From NCBI GenBank assembly GCA_017853605.1, contig JAFMJG010000001.1, positions 1 through 55,906 of the forward strand: a stretch of 55,906 nucleotides of DNA, given 5' to 3'. The notes under the pieces are model-generated. The model saw only the letters and a program-made list of their open reading frames with translations. It made no database searches and was not told where the DNA came from. A program made the position numbers and the translations under genes. Each line of letters opens with the position of its first letter. Position 1 is the first letter of the stretch. This stretch comes from a bacterium. GTDB lineage: Bacteria > Bdellovibrionota_C > UBA2361 > OMII01. Shown here one piece after another: positions 1 to 8,894 of this stretch.

Positions 1-11
1 AGGGGAGTGCC

Positions 12-1973
12 ATGCGTTCGGTTGATGAGCTGCTCGCGTGGGGCAGGGAGCTCGGCATTGAGACCTCTGGACTTGAGGATATCGCTGATATTCCGTCGGC
101 AAAGAAGGGCCTCGCAATTCAGTACTTGAGCCAAAACATGGGGGGGCACCGGAGCCTCGATGAGCACCGGCAAGCCCTCATTGAGGCCCGCGAGGCGGTA
201 ATCAACCACTTCATGAGGCACAACTCCGGGTGCGTCGTCTCGGTCTTCGGCTCGCACGGGAATGGCAAGGTAAGCTCAATCCTTTCGGACCTCGATTTTC
301 TCATAGTGGTGCCGAAAGATGCCCGCGAGTCAGATGTGCTCCTGTCGATGTACAAGGCCGGCATCGTCTTTGGCTCCCGATCCCAGTTTGATGATGTTTC
401 GGCGGTAGCCTCAAGCGGCGCCAGCCTCTGCAGGCTCTACGGCATGAGCACTACAGGCGTGCCGGTTGAGTTCCACGTTATTGGCGAGCAGGATTTTAGG
501 GACCTTCCGAAGGTCTTTTCAAAGGGGACGCAGCGAGTCACGCCGATTGACCCCAAGATGGAGCTTCGGGTTTCGTACGACGGCGCCAGGAGAAAGCTCC
601 CGAAGCCTGGGGACGTTGTCCCAAACTTCAGCCGAACCGAGGATGGGCGCGTCTTCCGGGGCTTCTTTATCAACGCGGCGCTTAATGCCCAGATCCTCTA
701 CGATGGCCCGGCGCTCAACGGCCGCCCGGATGGAGCGACGATGTTCCACCGCATCTGGGAAAAGGACCTCGGCGCGACCTTAGTTCATCAGGGGAAGCTC
801 ATGCGGCTTCCCAACGATCGGCTTGCCATCGTCAGTGACCAAAAGCCGACCTTCTCAGACACCATGCTTCCGACCCTGTTCCACGACAAGGAGGGGGATT
901 ACGCAAAGCCAAACCTGGCTCTTATGCAGGAGCGATTTGAGGCGACCTTTGAGAGGCTGGCCTGCCGTGCGGACGTGGTGCACTCCTATCGGGCAAGTGG
1001 CGACCTGTTGGGAGCGCGTCTCGACCGTGCCACGAAGGAGCTGCATCGCGTTCGCGTCTTCAGCGGCTCTCGGCTTATCGCCACCGACTTCGACCACACC
1101 ATTTGGAACCCGAGCGACGAGCTGGGGCTTGCACGTGCCGCGAAACTTGTTGCTGACATCGCCCGCAGCGGCAGGTCGATCGCCATCATAACGGGCCGTG
1201 ATGCCAGCTTCCTGCGCGATCACTACCCCGCAATTAAGGAAGAGCTTTCCAAGATTACGGAGCTTGAGCGCGGCGACGTGTTTATCGGGGTCTCGAATGG
1301 GCTAAGGATCTTCAGGGCCGACGTGTCCCGGGGCAACTCCCTTGAGCTCATCAAGGAGAAGCCAATTGGCCAAGAGACGAGGCGGCGCATCATCTCCGCC
1401 TATCTGGCGCTGGCGAAAGATGCCGTGGACCCCAGCGTGGCGCGCGAGATGGCAGCTTCCGCCATGAGCGGCTGGAGCCACTACATCTCGGCAGATCTCC
1501 TTGCCATCACCAGGTCGACCCCGGGCGTGTGGGCAGAGAAGAGCAAGCTTAGCATTCTGTTGCCGGCCGACGCCTCCAAGTACGAGGAGTTCCTGGAGAG
1601 CCTAAGGTCAAGGCTGCATGAGATAGACCCGACACTGGTCGTCTTGCACTCTAACAATAACCGCGTCGCTGACATCAGCTTTGATGGCGGCAGCAGCTTT
1701 CCAGATCCGAAGCTCAGCGCACTCAACCACATCCAGACGCTCACCAGGATACGGCGGGCAGAGGTATCGACCTTTGGCGACTCTCCAGATGGCAATGACC
1801 GCGGCCTCCTGTCGCTCCAAAACTCGTTTACGAACACCGACACCGGTCGCGCGCAGCCGATCTTCCTGGAGGGCCCCGAGGGAATTCACCCCGTCCAGAA
1901 GGTTCATCGCGCGATGCGTTACCTGATTGCAAACGGCAACCGGCCGTTGGCGAAGGGCGCCCCGCTAGCCTAG
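12..1973 (+). CDS. Fusion protein: N-terminal Pol-beta-superfamily nucleotidyltransferase domain + C-terminal HAD-IIB (Cof/SPP-like) phosphatase domain
   Basis: 653-aa ORF. NTase signature 'FGSHGNGKVSSILSDLDFLIVV' (GS...DxD). HAD motif I 'ATDFDHTIW' (DxDxT), motif II 'IAIITGRD', motif IV 'GDSPDGNDRGLL'. Confidence 0.6.
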   Translation: MRSVDELLAWGRELGIETSGLEDIADIPSAKKGLAIQYLSQNMGGHRSLDEHRQALIEAREAVINHFMRHNSGCVVSVFGSHGNGKVSSILSDLDFLIVVPKDARESDVLLSMYKAGIVFGSRSQFDDVSAVASSGASLCRLYGMSTTGVPVEFHVIGEQDFRDLPKVFSKGTQRVTPIDPKMELRVSYDGARRKLPKPGDVVPNFSRTEDGRVFRGFFINAALNAQILYDGPALNGRPDGATMFHRIWEKDLGATLVHQGKLMRLPNDRLAIVSDQKPTFSDTMLPTLFHDKEGDYAKPNLALMQERFEATFERLACRADVVHSYRASGDLLGARLDRATKELHRVRVFSGSRLIATDFDHTIWNPSDELGLARAAKLVADIARSGRSIAIITGRDASFLRDHYPAIKEELSKITELERGDVFIGVSNGLRIFRADVSRGNSLELIKEKPIGQETRRRIISAYLALAKDAVDPSVAREMAASAMSGWSHYISADLLAITRSTPGVWAEKSKLSILLPADASKYEEFLESLRSRLHEIDPTLVVLHSNNNRVADISFDGGSSFPDPKLSALNHIQTLTRIRRAEVSTFGDSPDGNDRGLLSLQNSFTNTDTGRAQPIFLEGPEGIHPVQKVHRAMRYLIANGNRPLAKGAPLA

Positions 1974-2452
1974 TAATCCCGGCGTTCGCGCCGCACGCTG
2001 TGCAGCAGCGAATCGGCGATGCTTCCTGCCTTGTGTGCTGCCCACTCGACCAGAGGTGGCAGGATCAGGAGCCCTGCCACCCCAACACCTAAGGCCGCTA
2101 GCGGCGCTCCCGCCGTCGCCACACCGACAGCAGCCATCGTGACGGCGCCGCCAGCCACTGCCGCGGCCGTTGATGAGCGCGAGATGAACCCGACCGCCGC
2201 GTGCCGACTCGCTGCGCTCATTCGCCCATCGTCACACAGGTCATCGGCGACCGTCGTGACGAAGCTTGGCAGCCGCGTTGTGTGGTCAAGGGCTGCAGAC
2301 GCAAGCGAGCCGGGCTCAGGAAGGTGCTCCTCAACCGTTGGGGCCAGCGCGCTGGAGAAAAAGTTTGGGAAGGCGCAGGACTCCGTCCTGCTTGGCGATG
2401 GATCCATAAACGGGCTCCTTTGAGTGGCGTGTGCAGCTGAACAGCACGGCAC
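1970..2452 (-). CDS. Hypothetical small membrane protein with a Gly/Ala-rich C-terminal transmembrane region
   Basis: 160-aa ORF. It is last in a co-directional string with the two upstream minus-strand ORFs. 'AAVAGGAVTMAAVGVATAGAPLAALGVGVAGLLILPPLV' looks like a glycine-zipper TM segment. The start is uncertain (alternative internal Met 'MDPSPS'). Its 3' end overlaps the convergent ORF at 12..1973 by 4 nt. Confidence 0.4.
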   Translation of the reverse strand: MPCCSAAHATQRSPFMDPSPSRTESCAFPNFFSSALAPTVEEHLPEPGSLASAALDHTTRLPSFVTTVADDLCDDGRMSAASRHAAVGFISRSSTAAAVAGGAVTMAAVGVATAGAPLAALGVGVAGLLILPPLVEWAAHKAGSIADSLLHSVRRERRDY

Positions 2453-2482
2453 AGTTCGGAATGCTGCCGGGGGAGTTGCGCG

Positions 2483-3436
2483 CTAGCTCCCCGCTAGCGA
2501 CCGGAGGATCGCCTCAAGGCGCTTGGCCTGCGTGGGTTCAGCACCCCCCGACCCCCCGTTAGGGGGCATCGCCATGCCTGCCATGGCGCCCACGCAGAAA
2601 AGGGCTGTGTACGCGTCCAGCGCAGCGCGATGGCGGGTCGAGAGGCTCCACTCATGGGCCCAGTGTGCAACGTAGTCAGTGCTCCTGCCGCTCGCTAGGC
2701 ACGACATCTGCGTAAGCGCCAGGACAAGCACCGGGTCGCCGAAGCAAACCGAGTCAACGCCAACGACCCCCATCAGGCCGGAGCTTCCGACGAGCACGTT
2801 CCTGAGGGTGGTGTCGCTGAGGAAGGGGGTAGGCAGAATCGAAGCGAGGTAATCCTCAAGGGGCTGCAGGACGCGCTGCGCACGATCGACCACTGAGGGA
2901 TTAAACACACCCTGTTGCGCAATTCTTTCGCGCGAGCGCACAAGTTGGCTCTCCAGAAATGCGGGCCATGTCGAGTGCAGGCGCGGATCGTCAGCGGAGA
3001 GCCCATGCCCAAAAGCAACCCCGAGCGGGAGGTGGCTCACCGCGCCCTGAAGCTGCGCCACCTGCAGCGCAATCTTCTTGCGGCCATGCGCGCCGAGTGA
3101 CCGGTAGGCATCTCCCAGGTGCCTGCCGTCGATGTGGCTCATGATCGTGTACGGAAGGGGGCCCGAGAGCTCGGCGTGCAGGATGCGGGGAAGGGGAATG
3201 TCGAGCGGCAGAAGCTGCGAAGCCCAGTGCACGCTCCCCTTGAGGTGCTCGCGGGTGTCGCCGTGTCCCATGCGCAGGACGAGCCGCGACCCGTCTCCCT
3301 TTGTGGCTTCGTATACGTTGCTCCGAAGCCCGCCCGGATAGGGGCGCAGCGCAAAGTCGCTGGCGCCCAAAAAGCGTTCCAGCGCAGCACGGGCCTCGTG
3401 CTCCGTCGGCCTGAGCGGTGAGTTGTCAAGCTTCAT
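2483..3436 (-). CDS. Aminoglycoside/choline-kinase-like phosphotransferase (APH) family protein
   Basis: 317 aa. N-lobe pattern 'GGLRSNVYEATKGDGSRLVLRM'. Catalytic-loop-like 'LSDTTLRNVLVG' (D and N kept, the usual His is Ser). Followed by 'GVVGVDSVCFGDPVLVLA', resembling the IDW...GDP...DLA block of PF01636-type kinases. Confidence 0.6.
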   Translation of the reverse strand: MKLDNSPLRPTEHEARAALERFLGASDFALRPYPGGLRSNVYEATKGDGSRLVLRMGHGDTREHLKGSVHWASQLLPLDIPLPRILHAELSGPLPYTIMSHIDGRHLGDAYRSLGAHGRKKIALQVAQLQGAVSHLPLGVAFGHGLSADDPRLHSTWPAFLESQLVRSRERIAQQGVFNPSVVDRAQRVLQPLEDYLASILPTPFLSDTTLRNVLVGSSGLMGVVGVDSVCFGDPVLVLALTQMSCLASGRSTDYVAHWAHEWSLSTRHRAALDAYTALFCVGAMAGMAMPPNGGSGGAEPTQAKRLEAILRSLAGS

Positions 3437-3525
3437 GCCCGCCTATACTACATGACATGAGCCAGCGATCACATGCAAAGGCTCCTGCCGGGGAGCAGCC
3501 ATCTGATAGGCATCAGGGGCGGGCG

Positions 3526-4725
3526 CTAGCGGCGGATATCGGCGAGCGCTGGCCGGGGAAGCTCATCGTAGCCACCAGACTGTATGGCGCAGTTCCACAG
3601 GCCAACGGGGTCGATTGGCGCGAGCTCAAGGGCGAGACGCGCAGCTTCCCGAACAAGCGGCGGCTGAAGCATGTTGCGGGAGGCGCGCCGCAGCACGGCG
3701 GCGCAGGCATCGCTGGCGTTGCGCTCATGCCTGTCATCCGAGTCAGCGAGCGAGCTGCTCATCGATGCCAGCCGCGCGATAGCCTCGACACGCTCCCAGT
3801 TGCGCTTTGCGTTGAGGGTGTCCTCCTTGAAGGCGCTTGCGACCCCTTTTCCGCCGATGACGATAATTGCCGACAACGCCGCGATGGTCGCATTCGACAC
3901 CGCTTTTGGCATCTTGAGGTAGGCGCAGATTTGGCGAGCCGCAACCGTCACAACCGCCGAGGTGAGGGCTATTTCGTGAAACGTCATCGGGAGCCGCACC
4001 AGGCTGCGAAACAGGGAGGCGGCTTCAGCCTGTGGCACGCGCCCTTCGGCAACGCGCACCAAAAACCTGATATTGTCGCGAGTGGGGTGCGCGCACAGGG
4101 CCGCAAGCCAGGGGTTCTTCTCCTGGTGGCGCTCAACGAACCATGCACGGGCGCGCTTTTGCAGCTGCTCAGGCTCGAGAATGGCGAGCTGGAGGTGGGG
4201 AACGAGGTGCAGAGCTGCCCCCGCGGCTAGGTTGCCCCCGCCAGGGGCATAGCGAGCCGCAACATTGAGCAGCCTTAGCTCATGGCTGCGGGAGAGGGAT
4301 GCGGACTCATTCGCCTGGCCGATGCCACTGCGCAGGATCGCCACAGCTGCACTCACGGCTGCCGGTGAATTCTTGAGGTAGGCGCTTTCGAGAGAGATGA
4401 TAGCGAGGCCACGCACGAGCTCCTCCTGGGCGAAGGGAACAAGGGCCTCAAGCAGCATCGACCTGCGTCTCGGGGTCTCTAGAAGCGATGGGTGGCCCTG
4501 AATCGCCCCGAGCACCTCTGCGCGGATCACTTCCGAGGAGGTTACCGCCTGTACGACTGCGCTCATAGCCGCGCGCCCGCGGCGGCTAACTTCAGAGAGG
4601 ATTTCAACGGTTCTGTCGACAGCCGGAAGGGACTCGACTGCATCGACCTCCCCGTGGGGAGCGTGCCGGCTTGGCGACTCCTGAGCAGAAGCGAACTGTC
4701 GGTTGGACGTGGGCCTGAAGAACAT
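3526..4725 (-). CDS. Hypothetical alpha-helical protein
   Basis: 399-aa ORF with Ala/Leu-rich, helix-like composition. It is first in the minus-strand string 4725->1970. It is preferred over the Arg/Gly-rich opposite-strand ORF 3418..4230. No recognisable motif. Confidence 0.5.
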   Translation of the reverse strand: MFFRPTSNRQFASAQESPSRHAPHGEVDAVESLPAVDRTVEILSEVSRRGRAAMSAVVQAVTSSEVIRAEVLGAIQGHPSLLETPRRRSMLLEALVPFAQEELVRGLAIISLESAYLKNSPAAVSAAVAILRSGIGQANESASLSRSHELRLLNVAARYAPGGGNLAAGAALHLVPHLQLAILEPEQLQKRARAWFVERHQEKNPWLAALCAHPTRDNIRFLVRVAEGRVPQAEAASLFRSLVRLPMTFHEIALTSAVVTVAARQICAYLKMPKAVSNATIAALSAIIVIGGKGVASAFKEDTLNAKRNWERVEAIARLASMSSSLADSDDRHERNASDACAAVLRRASRNMLQPPLVREAARLALELAPIDPVGLWNCAIQSGGYDELPRPALADIRR

Positions 4726-4852
4726 ACGAGCCCCGTTGTGCCCGGAAAATCGGCATTGTTCAAGATCTCCGGCAAAAGCGGGCTAAAAATGACCGATTCC
4801 GCCAAGGAGAGCTGCTTCGCAACTGGCAAGCTGGGCAGCCGATACCCAGAGC

Positions 4853-6418
4853 ATGGGGACAGGCAGCCAGCAGGAGGAGCAATATCAGGAGGCGGGAGCT
4901 GCGCATGAGCTCCCTGCTGTCGTCGGAAGCACGTCCGGGCGCGAAGTGGCGCGGCTGTCGACCGAGGAGGCGCGTGCGTGCCTGCCGTTCGCCGAGGCGG
5001 CTGCGCTCAAGATCCTTCCGCTCACGCTCCTAAAGGGCGAGAGTGGAGGAGTGCTTCACTGCGCTGCAGGCTGCTCGGATGAGGCGCTGCGTCGGCGGGT
5101 GAGGTTCGCCACGGGGCACGAGGTGGCCATCTCGTGCTTCGCGCCCGACGCGGTGGAGGACGCGATCATCAAGGCCTACCGCGGTTCGGAGGCGCTCCTG
5201 GCAGGGCGCATCAGTGCGCTTGGAGCGGCAGCTGGAGCGCGCCCGAGGGCCTTGCCCCAGATCCCTGAGGCGAGCGGAGACGCTGCAGCGCTGGTAATGG
5301 CCCTTCTTGAGTACGGGGCGGCCAGCGGCGCCTCGGACCTCCACCTCGCCCCATCCCCGAGCGGCTCTCTGCTCAAGGTGCGCATCGATGGGGAGCTGCT
5401 TGTGCAAGACCGCCACCAATGCCCAGCGCATCTCCACGAGCAAGTGATCGCGCGCCTCAAGGTGCTCGCAGGGCTCGACGTCACGTGCCGACGCGTTCCG
5501 CAGGATGGGGCGTTTTCGTTTCAGGTGGGGGAGCGGCAGCACAGCGCACGACTGAGCATCCTGCCAGCGCTGCATGGCGAGAGTGCGGTCGTTCGCCTCA
5601 TGCGAGCTCGCGCGGTGCCCGACGCCAGCGGGCTTGGCCTGGAGCCGGCGGCGCTCAGTGCGCTGCGCGGAGCGCTCTCTATGGCGCAGGGAATCGTGCT
5701 GCTCACGGGCCCAACCGGGAGCGGAAAGACGACGACGATGTACGCAGCGGCCCGTGAAGTCTCCTCCTCTGGCCGCAACGTGGTCACTGTTGAGGATCCT
5801 GTTGAGGGCGCGCTCACAGGCATCGTGCAGGTGAGGGTTAATGAGGCACACGGGCTTACCTACCCGCGAGCGCTGCGCAGCGTGTTGCGGCACGACCCGG
5901 ACGTGATCGTAATCGGCGAGGTGCGCGACCCAGAGTCAGCCCGTATCGCGATTGAGTCAGCCGCAACTGGGCACCTCACGATCTCGTCGCTGCACGTGGG
6001 CTCAGCGCTCCTCGCGCTGCGCCGCCTCGCTTCGCTCGGAGTGCCCCCGGAGCTCTCTGTTCCGGTGGTATCCCTGGTAGTCTCGCAGCGCCTCCTGCCT
6101 CGGCTCTGCTCGTGCTGCAAGGCGCTTGACTCGGCAGGGTCTGAGCGTGCCGGGTTTGAGGCGTACCGGCCGGTGGGCTGCCAGGCGTGTGGCGGGTCCG
6201 GTTTCGAGGGCCGCGCTGTTGTGAGCGAGTCGCTTGACCTCCGCTCAGCCCGGGCAAAGGACGTGTGTATCGAGCACCGCACCTGTGAGGCGCGGGCGAG
6301 GAGCATGCCCGAGGGGGCGCTCATCCCTTGGGGCACGGGACTTGAGCGGCTGGCGCGCGCGGGGAGCATCTCGCTTGTTCAAGTCGAGCGATTCATGCGG
6401 ACGGAGGTGGCGCTGTAG
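4853..6418 (+). CDS. GspE/PilB-family type II secretion / type IV pilus assembly ATPase
   Basis: Walker A 'LLTGPTGSGKTTTMYA'. Asp box 'VVTVEDPVE'. Walker B 'LRHDPDVIVIGEVRD'. His box 'GHLTISSLH'. Tetracysteine 'CSCCK...CQACGGSGFEGR'. N-terminal T2SSE_N-like region 'LKILPLTLL...VLHCAAG'. Confidence 0.85.
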   Translation: MGTGSQQEEQYQEAGAAHELPAVVGSTSGREVARLSTEEARACLPFAEAAALKILPLTLLKGESGGVLHCAAGCSDEALRRRVRFATGHEVAISCFAPDAVEDAIIKAYRGSEALLAGRISALGAAAGARPRALPQIPEASGDAAALVMALLEYGAASGASDLHLAPSPSGSLLKVRIDGELLVQDRHQCPAHLHEQVIARLKVLAGLDVTCRRVPQDGAFSFQVGERQHSARLSILPALHGESAVVRLMRARAVPDASGLGLEPAALSALRGALSMAQGIVLLTGPTGSGKTTTMYAAAREVSSSGRNVVTVEDPVEGALTGIVQVRVNEAHGLTYPRALRSVLRHDPDVIVIGEVRDPESARIAIESAATGHLTISSLHVGSALLALRRLASLGVPPELSVPVVSLVVSQRLLPRLCSCCKALDSAGSERAGFEAYRPVGCQACGGSGFEGRAVVSESLDLRSARAKDVCIEHRTCEARARSMPEGALIPWGTGLERLARAGSISLVQVERFMRTEVAL

Positions 6419-6484
6419 CCAGCGGATCAGGGAAGGCAGTGCTAGCCCGACCGCTCGAGGTGTGGCAGGATCAGGGCCTGCCAT

Positions 6485-6967
6485 ATGCCGCCCCGAAAGC
6501 TTCCACTCCGCCCGAACGTCTGCATGCTTCTCTACAACAAGAAAGGGGAGCTCTTTATTGGGGAGCGCAGTGACAGGCGGGGGCACTGGCAGTTTCCGCA
6601 GGGAGGGGCGGAGCCTCGCTACTCGCTCCGGCAGAACGTGGTGCGGGAGCTGAAGGAGGAGCTTGGCATCCCCCGCCGAACGCTCGGCAGTATTCGCAAG
6701 CTCAAGGCGACCCACGAGTACGAGTGGCGTTCCACCCCTCCGTATGCCAAGCGCCGTTGGCGCGGCCAGAGCCAGACCTTCTGGGCGGTTGAGTTTGTCG
6801 GCGCTGATAGCGAGATCGACCTCTTTGCTGATGACTCGCCCGAGTTCCTCCGGTGGCGCTGGGCATCCGTTGCGACGGTTCGGCGGGTTGCGGACAGCAG
6901 GCGCCTTAAAGGGTACGATGGCGCCCTCAAGGAGTACATCGCCTTGCGGCGCAGGGGGCGTAGGTAG
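6485..6967 (+). CDS. rppH: Nudix hydrolase, RNA pyrophosphohydrolase (RppH)-like
   Basis: Nudix box 'GHWQFPQGGAEPRYSLRQNVVRELKEELGI' (Gx5Ex7REUxEExGU). Size is 160 aa. 'FLRWRW' follows the box, as in RppH-type proteins. Confidence 0.75.
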   Translation: MPPRKLPLRPNVCMLLYNKKGELFIGERSDRRGHWQFPQGGAEPRYSLRQNVVRELKEELGIPRRTLGSIRKLKATHEYEWRSTPPYAKRRWRGQSQTFWAVEFVGADSEIDLFADDSPEFLRWRWASVATVRRVADSRRLKGYDGALKEYIALRRRGRR

Positions 6968-7146
6968 CCCGCGGGGCCCCAGGAGAAACGGTTCTCGGGC
7001 TGCGGCATCGAACTAGAGCGGGCGACCGCACACAGCCCAGCAGTACAGATGGCGACTAAAGGAAACGCGCTCCCGCAGGTCGGGGGGCCCGGATTGGTTC
7101 GCCGGAGACTTCGGCTGGGGAGAGTGGTATACAGCCGGTCCAAGCT

Positions 7147-8883
7147 ATGATGAACCCCGCCCGCAAAGCCGAACCAGCCACCTCGCGAGTCCATAAGCGC
7201 ATCCGCCTCAAGGATCACGACCAGGGCACCGCCCAGGCTATCGCCTCAGAGATGAAGACGAGCTCTGTCGTCGCGAGAATCCTCGCTGCACGGGGATTTA
7301 AGCCGGACAAGGATCTAGAAGACTACCTCCTGCCTACCCTCAAAAACGGGCTGCCTGAGCCCAAAGGCCTCAGGAACCTCGGAGCTGCTGCTACCCTGAT
7401 AGCTGATGTGCACCGTGCCGGCGGCTCAATCGCGATCTGCTGTGACTTCGATGTGGACGGCCTCTCAGGGGGCTCGGTTGTGCACGACCTGATGAAGACG
7501 GCAGGGATCTCGTCGCGCGTCTTTGTGCCGAACCGCTTTGTTGATGGCTACGGGCTAAACGAGAACACGGTGAGGGAGATCGCTGCGCAGGGATTTAAGC
7601 TCCTGCTTACCATCGACTTCGGCACCACCAATGCCAAGGAGATCCTGATCGCGAAGGCCCTTGGGCTCAAAACGATCGTGCTCGATCACCACCACATTAC
7701 GGGTGAGCTTCCGCCGGCTGACGTGTTCATCAACCCACACCAGCCCGGCTGCGGGTTTGCGGGCGGCGTTGCGTGCGCTGCCGGACTCGCCTGGTACCTG
7801 GCTCTTGCCCTTACCCGTGAGCTTAAGCCTCCAGGCGTTGATCCTCGCACGTACCTTGACCTCGCCTGTCTCGGAACGATTTGCGACATGGTGCCCCTCA
7901 TAGGGCTCAACCGCGTGATCGCCAAGAAGGGGCTGGAGCAGCTCTCTGACAGCAAGCGGCCGGGGCTCCGTTCGCTTCGCAACGTTATCGGCGTGCGGGG
8001 CAACGTCGAGTGCAGCCATGTGTCGTTCGGCATCGGGCCGCGCTTGAACGCCGCCGGCCGCATTGAGCACGGAGAGCTCGTCATAGAGCTCCTTACGACG
8101 CGCGACTCAAACAGGGCCGACAAGCTCGCCAGGGACCTGAACGACCTCAACTCAAGCCGCCAAGACATCGAGACCTCCGTCAAGGAGGAGGCGATAAAGA
8201 TGGTCGAGCAGCGCGGAGGGCCGGACTGGGGGATCGTTGTTGGGAAGCCCGAGTTTCACACCGGCGTCATCGGCATCGTGGCGCAGCGGCTCGTTGAGCA
8301 CTTCTACCGGCCGTCCGCCGTGATGGGCATGGACTCTCCCGGAATCTTCAAAGGGTCGGTGCGGGGCATCAAGGGCTTTAGCGTTATCGAGACTCTCTCA
8401 GCGTGCGCAGAGCACCTGATGAAGTTTGGCGGACACCAGGGAGCAGGGGGATTTTCAGTCAAGGAGGGGAATCTTGCTGCCTTCTCTGCCGCCTTTGTTG
8501 CTGAGTGCAAGAAGCGACTCAAGGATATCGAGATCGTTCCGTACGTCGACGCCGACACCGAAACGACACTCGATGAGATAACGGTGGGGCTGGTAAACGA
8601 GCTTGCGGGCATGGCGCCCTTCGGCATGGGAAATCCGGCCCCGCTTGTGCTGGTTAAAAACCTCCGTGTAGTGCAGGTCAAAGAGCTAAAGGGCGCGCAC
8701 CTTAAGGCGCTTTTCAGTGACGGCAAGAGATTTATCTCAGGCGTCATGTGGCGTCAGCCGTCGCACCCTGCCCTGCACCCAGAGGCTACCGTTGACATCG
8801 TATGCCGACCGGAGGTGAGCACCTTCAACGGCAACGTGGAGCTTCAGGCGAATCTTCAGGCGGTGCAGCAGTCCTCGCGTTAG
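7147..8883 (+). CDS. recJ: Single-stranded-DNA-specific exonuclease RecJ
   Basis: DHH family motifs 'ICCDFDVDG', 'VLDHHH', 'TICDMVPL'. DHHA1 motif 'GGHQGAGGFS'. 578 aa. Confidence 0.9.
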   Translation: MMNPARKAEPATSRVHKRIRLKDHDQGTAQAIASEMKTSSVVARILAARGFKPDKDLEDYLLPTLKNGLPEPKGLRNLGAAATLIADVHRAGGSIAICCDFDVDGLSGGSVVHDLMKTAGISSRVFVPNRFVDGYGLNENTVREIAAQGFKLLLTIDFGTTNAKEILIAKALGLKTIVLDHHHITGELPPADVFINPHQPGCGFAGGVACAAGLAWYLALALTRELKPPGVDPRTYLDLACLGTICDMVPLIGLNRVIAKKGLEQLSDSKRPGLRSLRNVIGVRGNVECSHVSFGIGPRLNAAGRIEHGELVIELLTTRDSNRADKLARDLNDLNSSRQDIETSVKEEAIKMVEQRGGPDWGIVVGKPEFHTGVIGIVAQRLVEHFYRPSAVMGMDSPGIFKGSVRGIKGFSVIETLSACAEHLMKFGGHQGAGGFSVKEGNLAAFSAAFVAECKKRLKDIEIVPYVDADTETTLDEITVGLVNELAGMAPFGMGNPAPLVLVKNLRVVQVKELKGAHLKALFSDGKRFISGVMWRQPSHPALHPEATVDIVCRPEVSTFNGNVELQANLQAVQQSSR

Positions 8884-8894
8884 CAGGCTTCGAT

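Noticed and set aside
3418-4230. Long opposite-strand or alternative-frame ORFs overlapping confident genes. Examples are 3418..4230(+), 5030..5893(-), 22761..23363(-), 28007..28636(+), 34308..35054(+), 37189..38073(+), 53694..54404(-) and 55067..55567(+).
   Set aside because: They are Arg/Gly/Pro/Ala-rich and low in complexity, with no motifs. They lie antisense to or out of frame with ORFs that carry clear family signatures. Stop-poor shadow ORFs of this kind are typical of GC-rich DNA.
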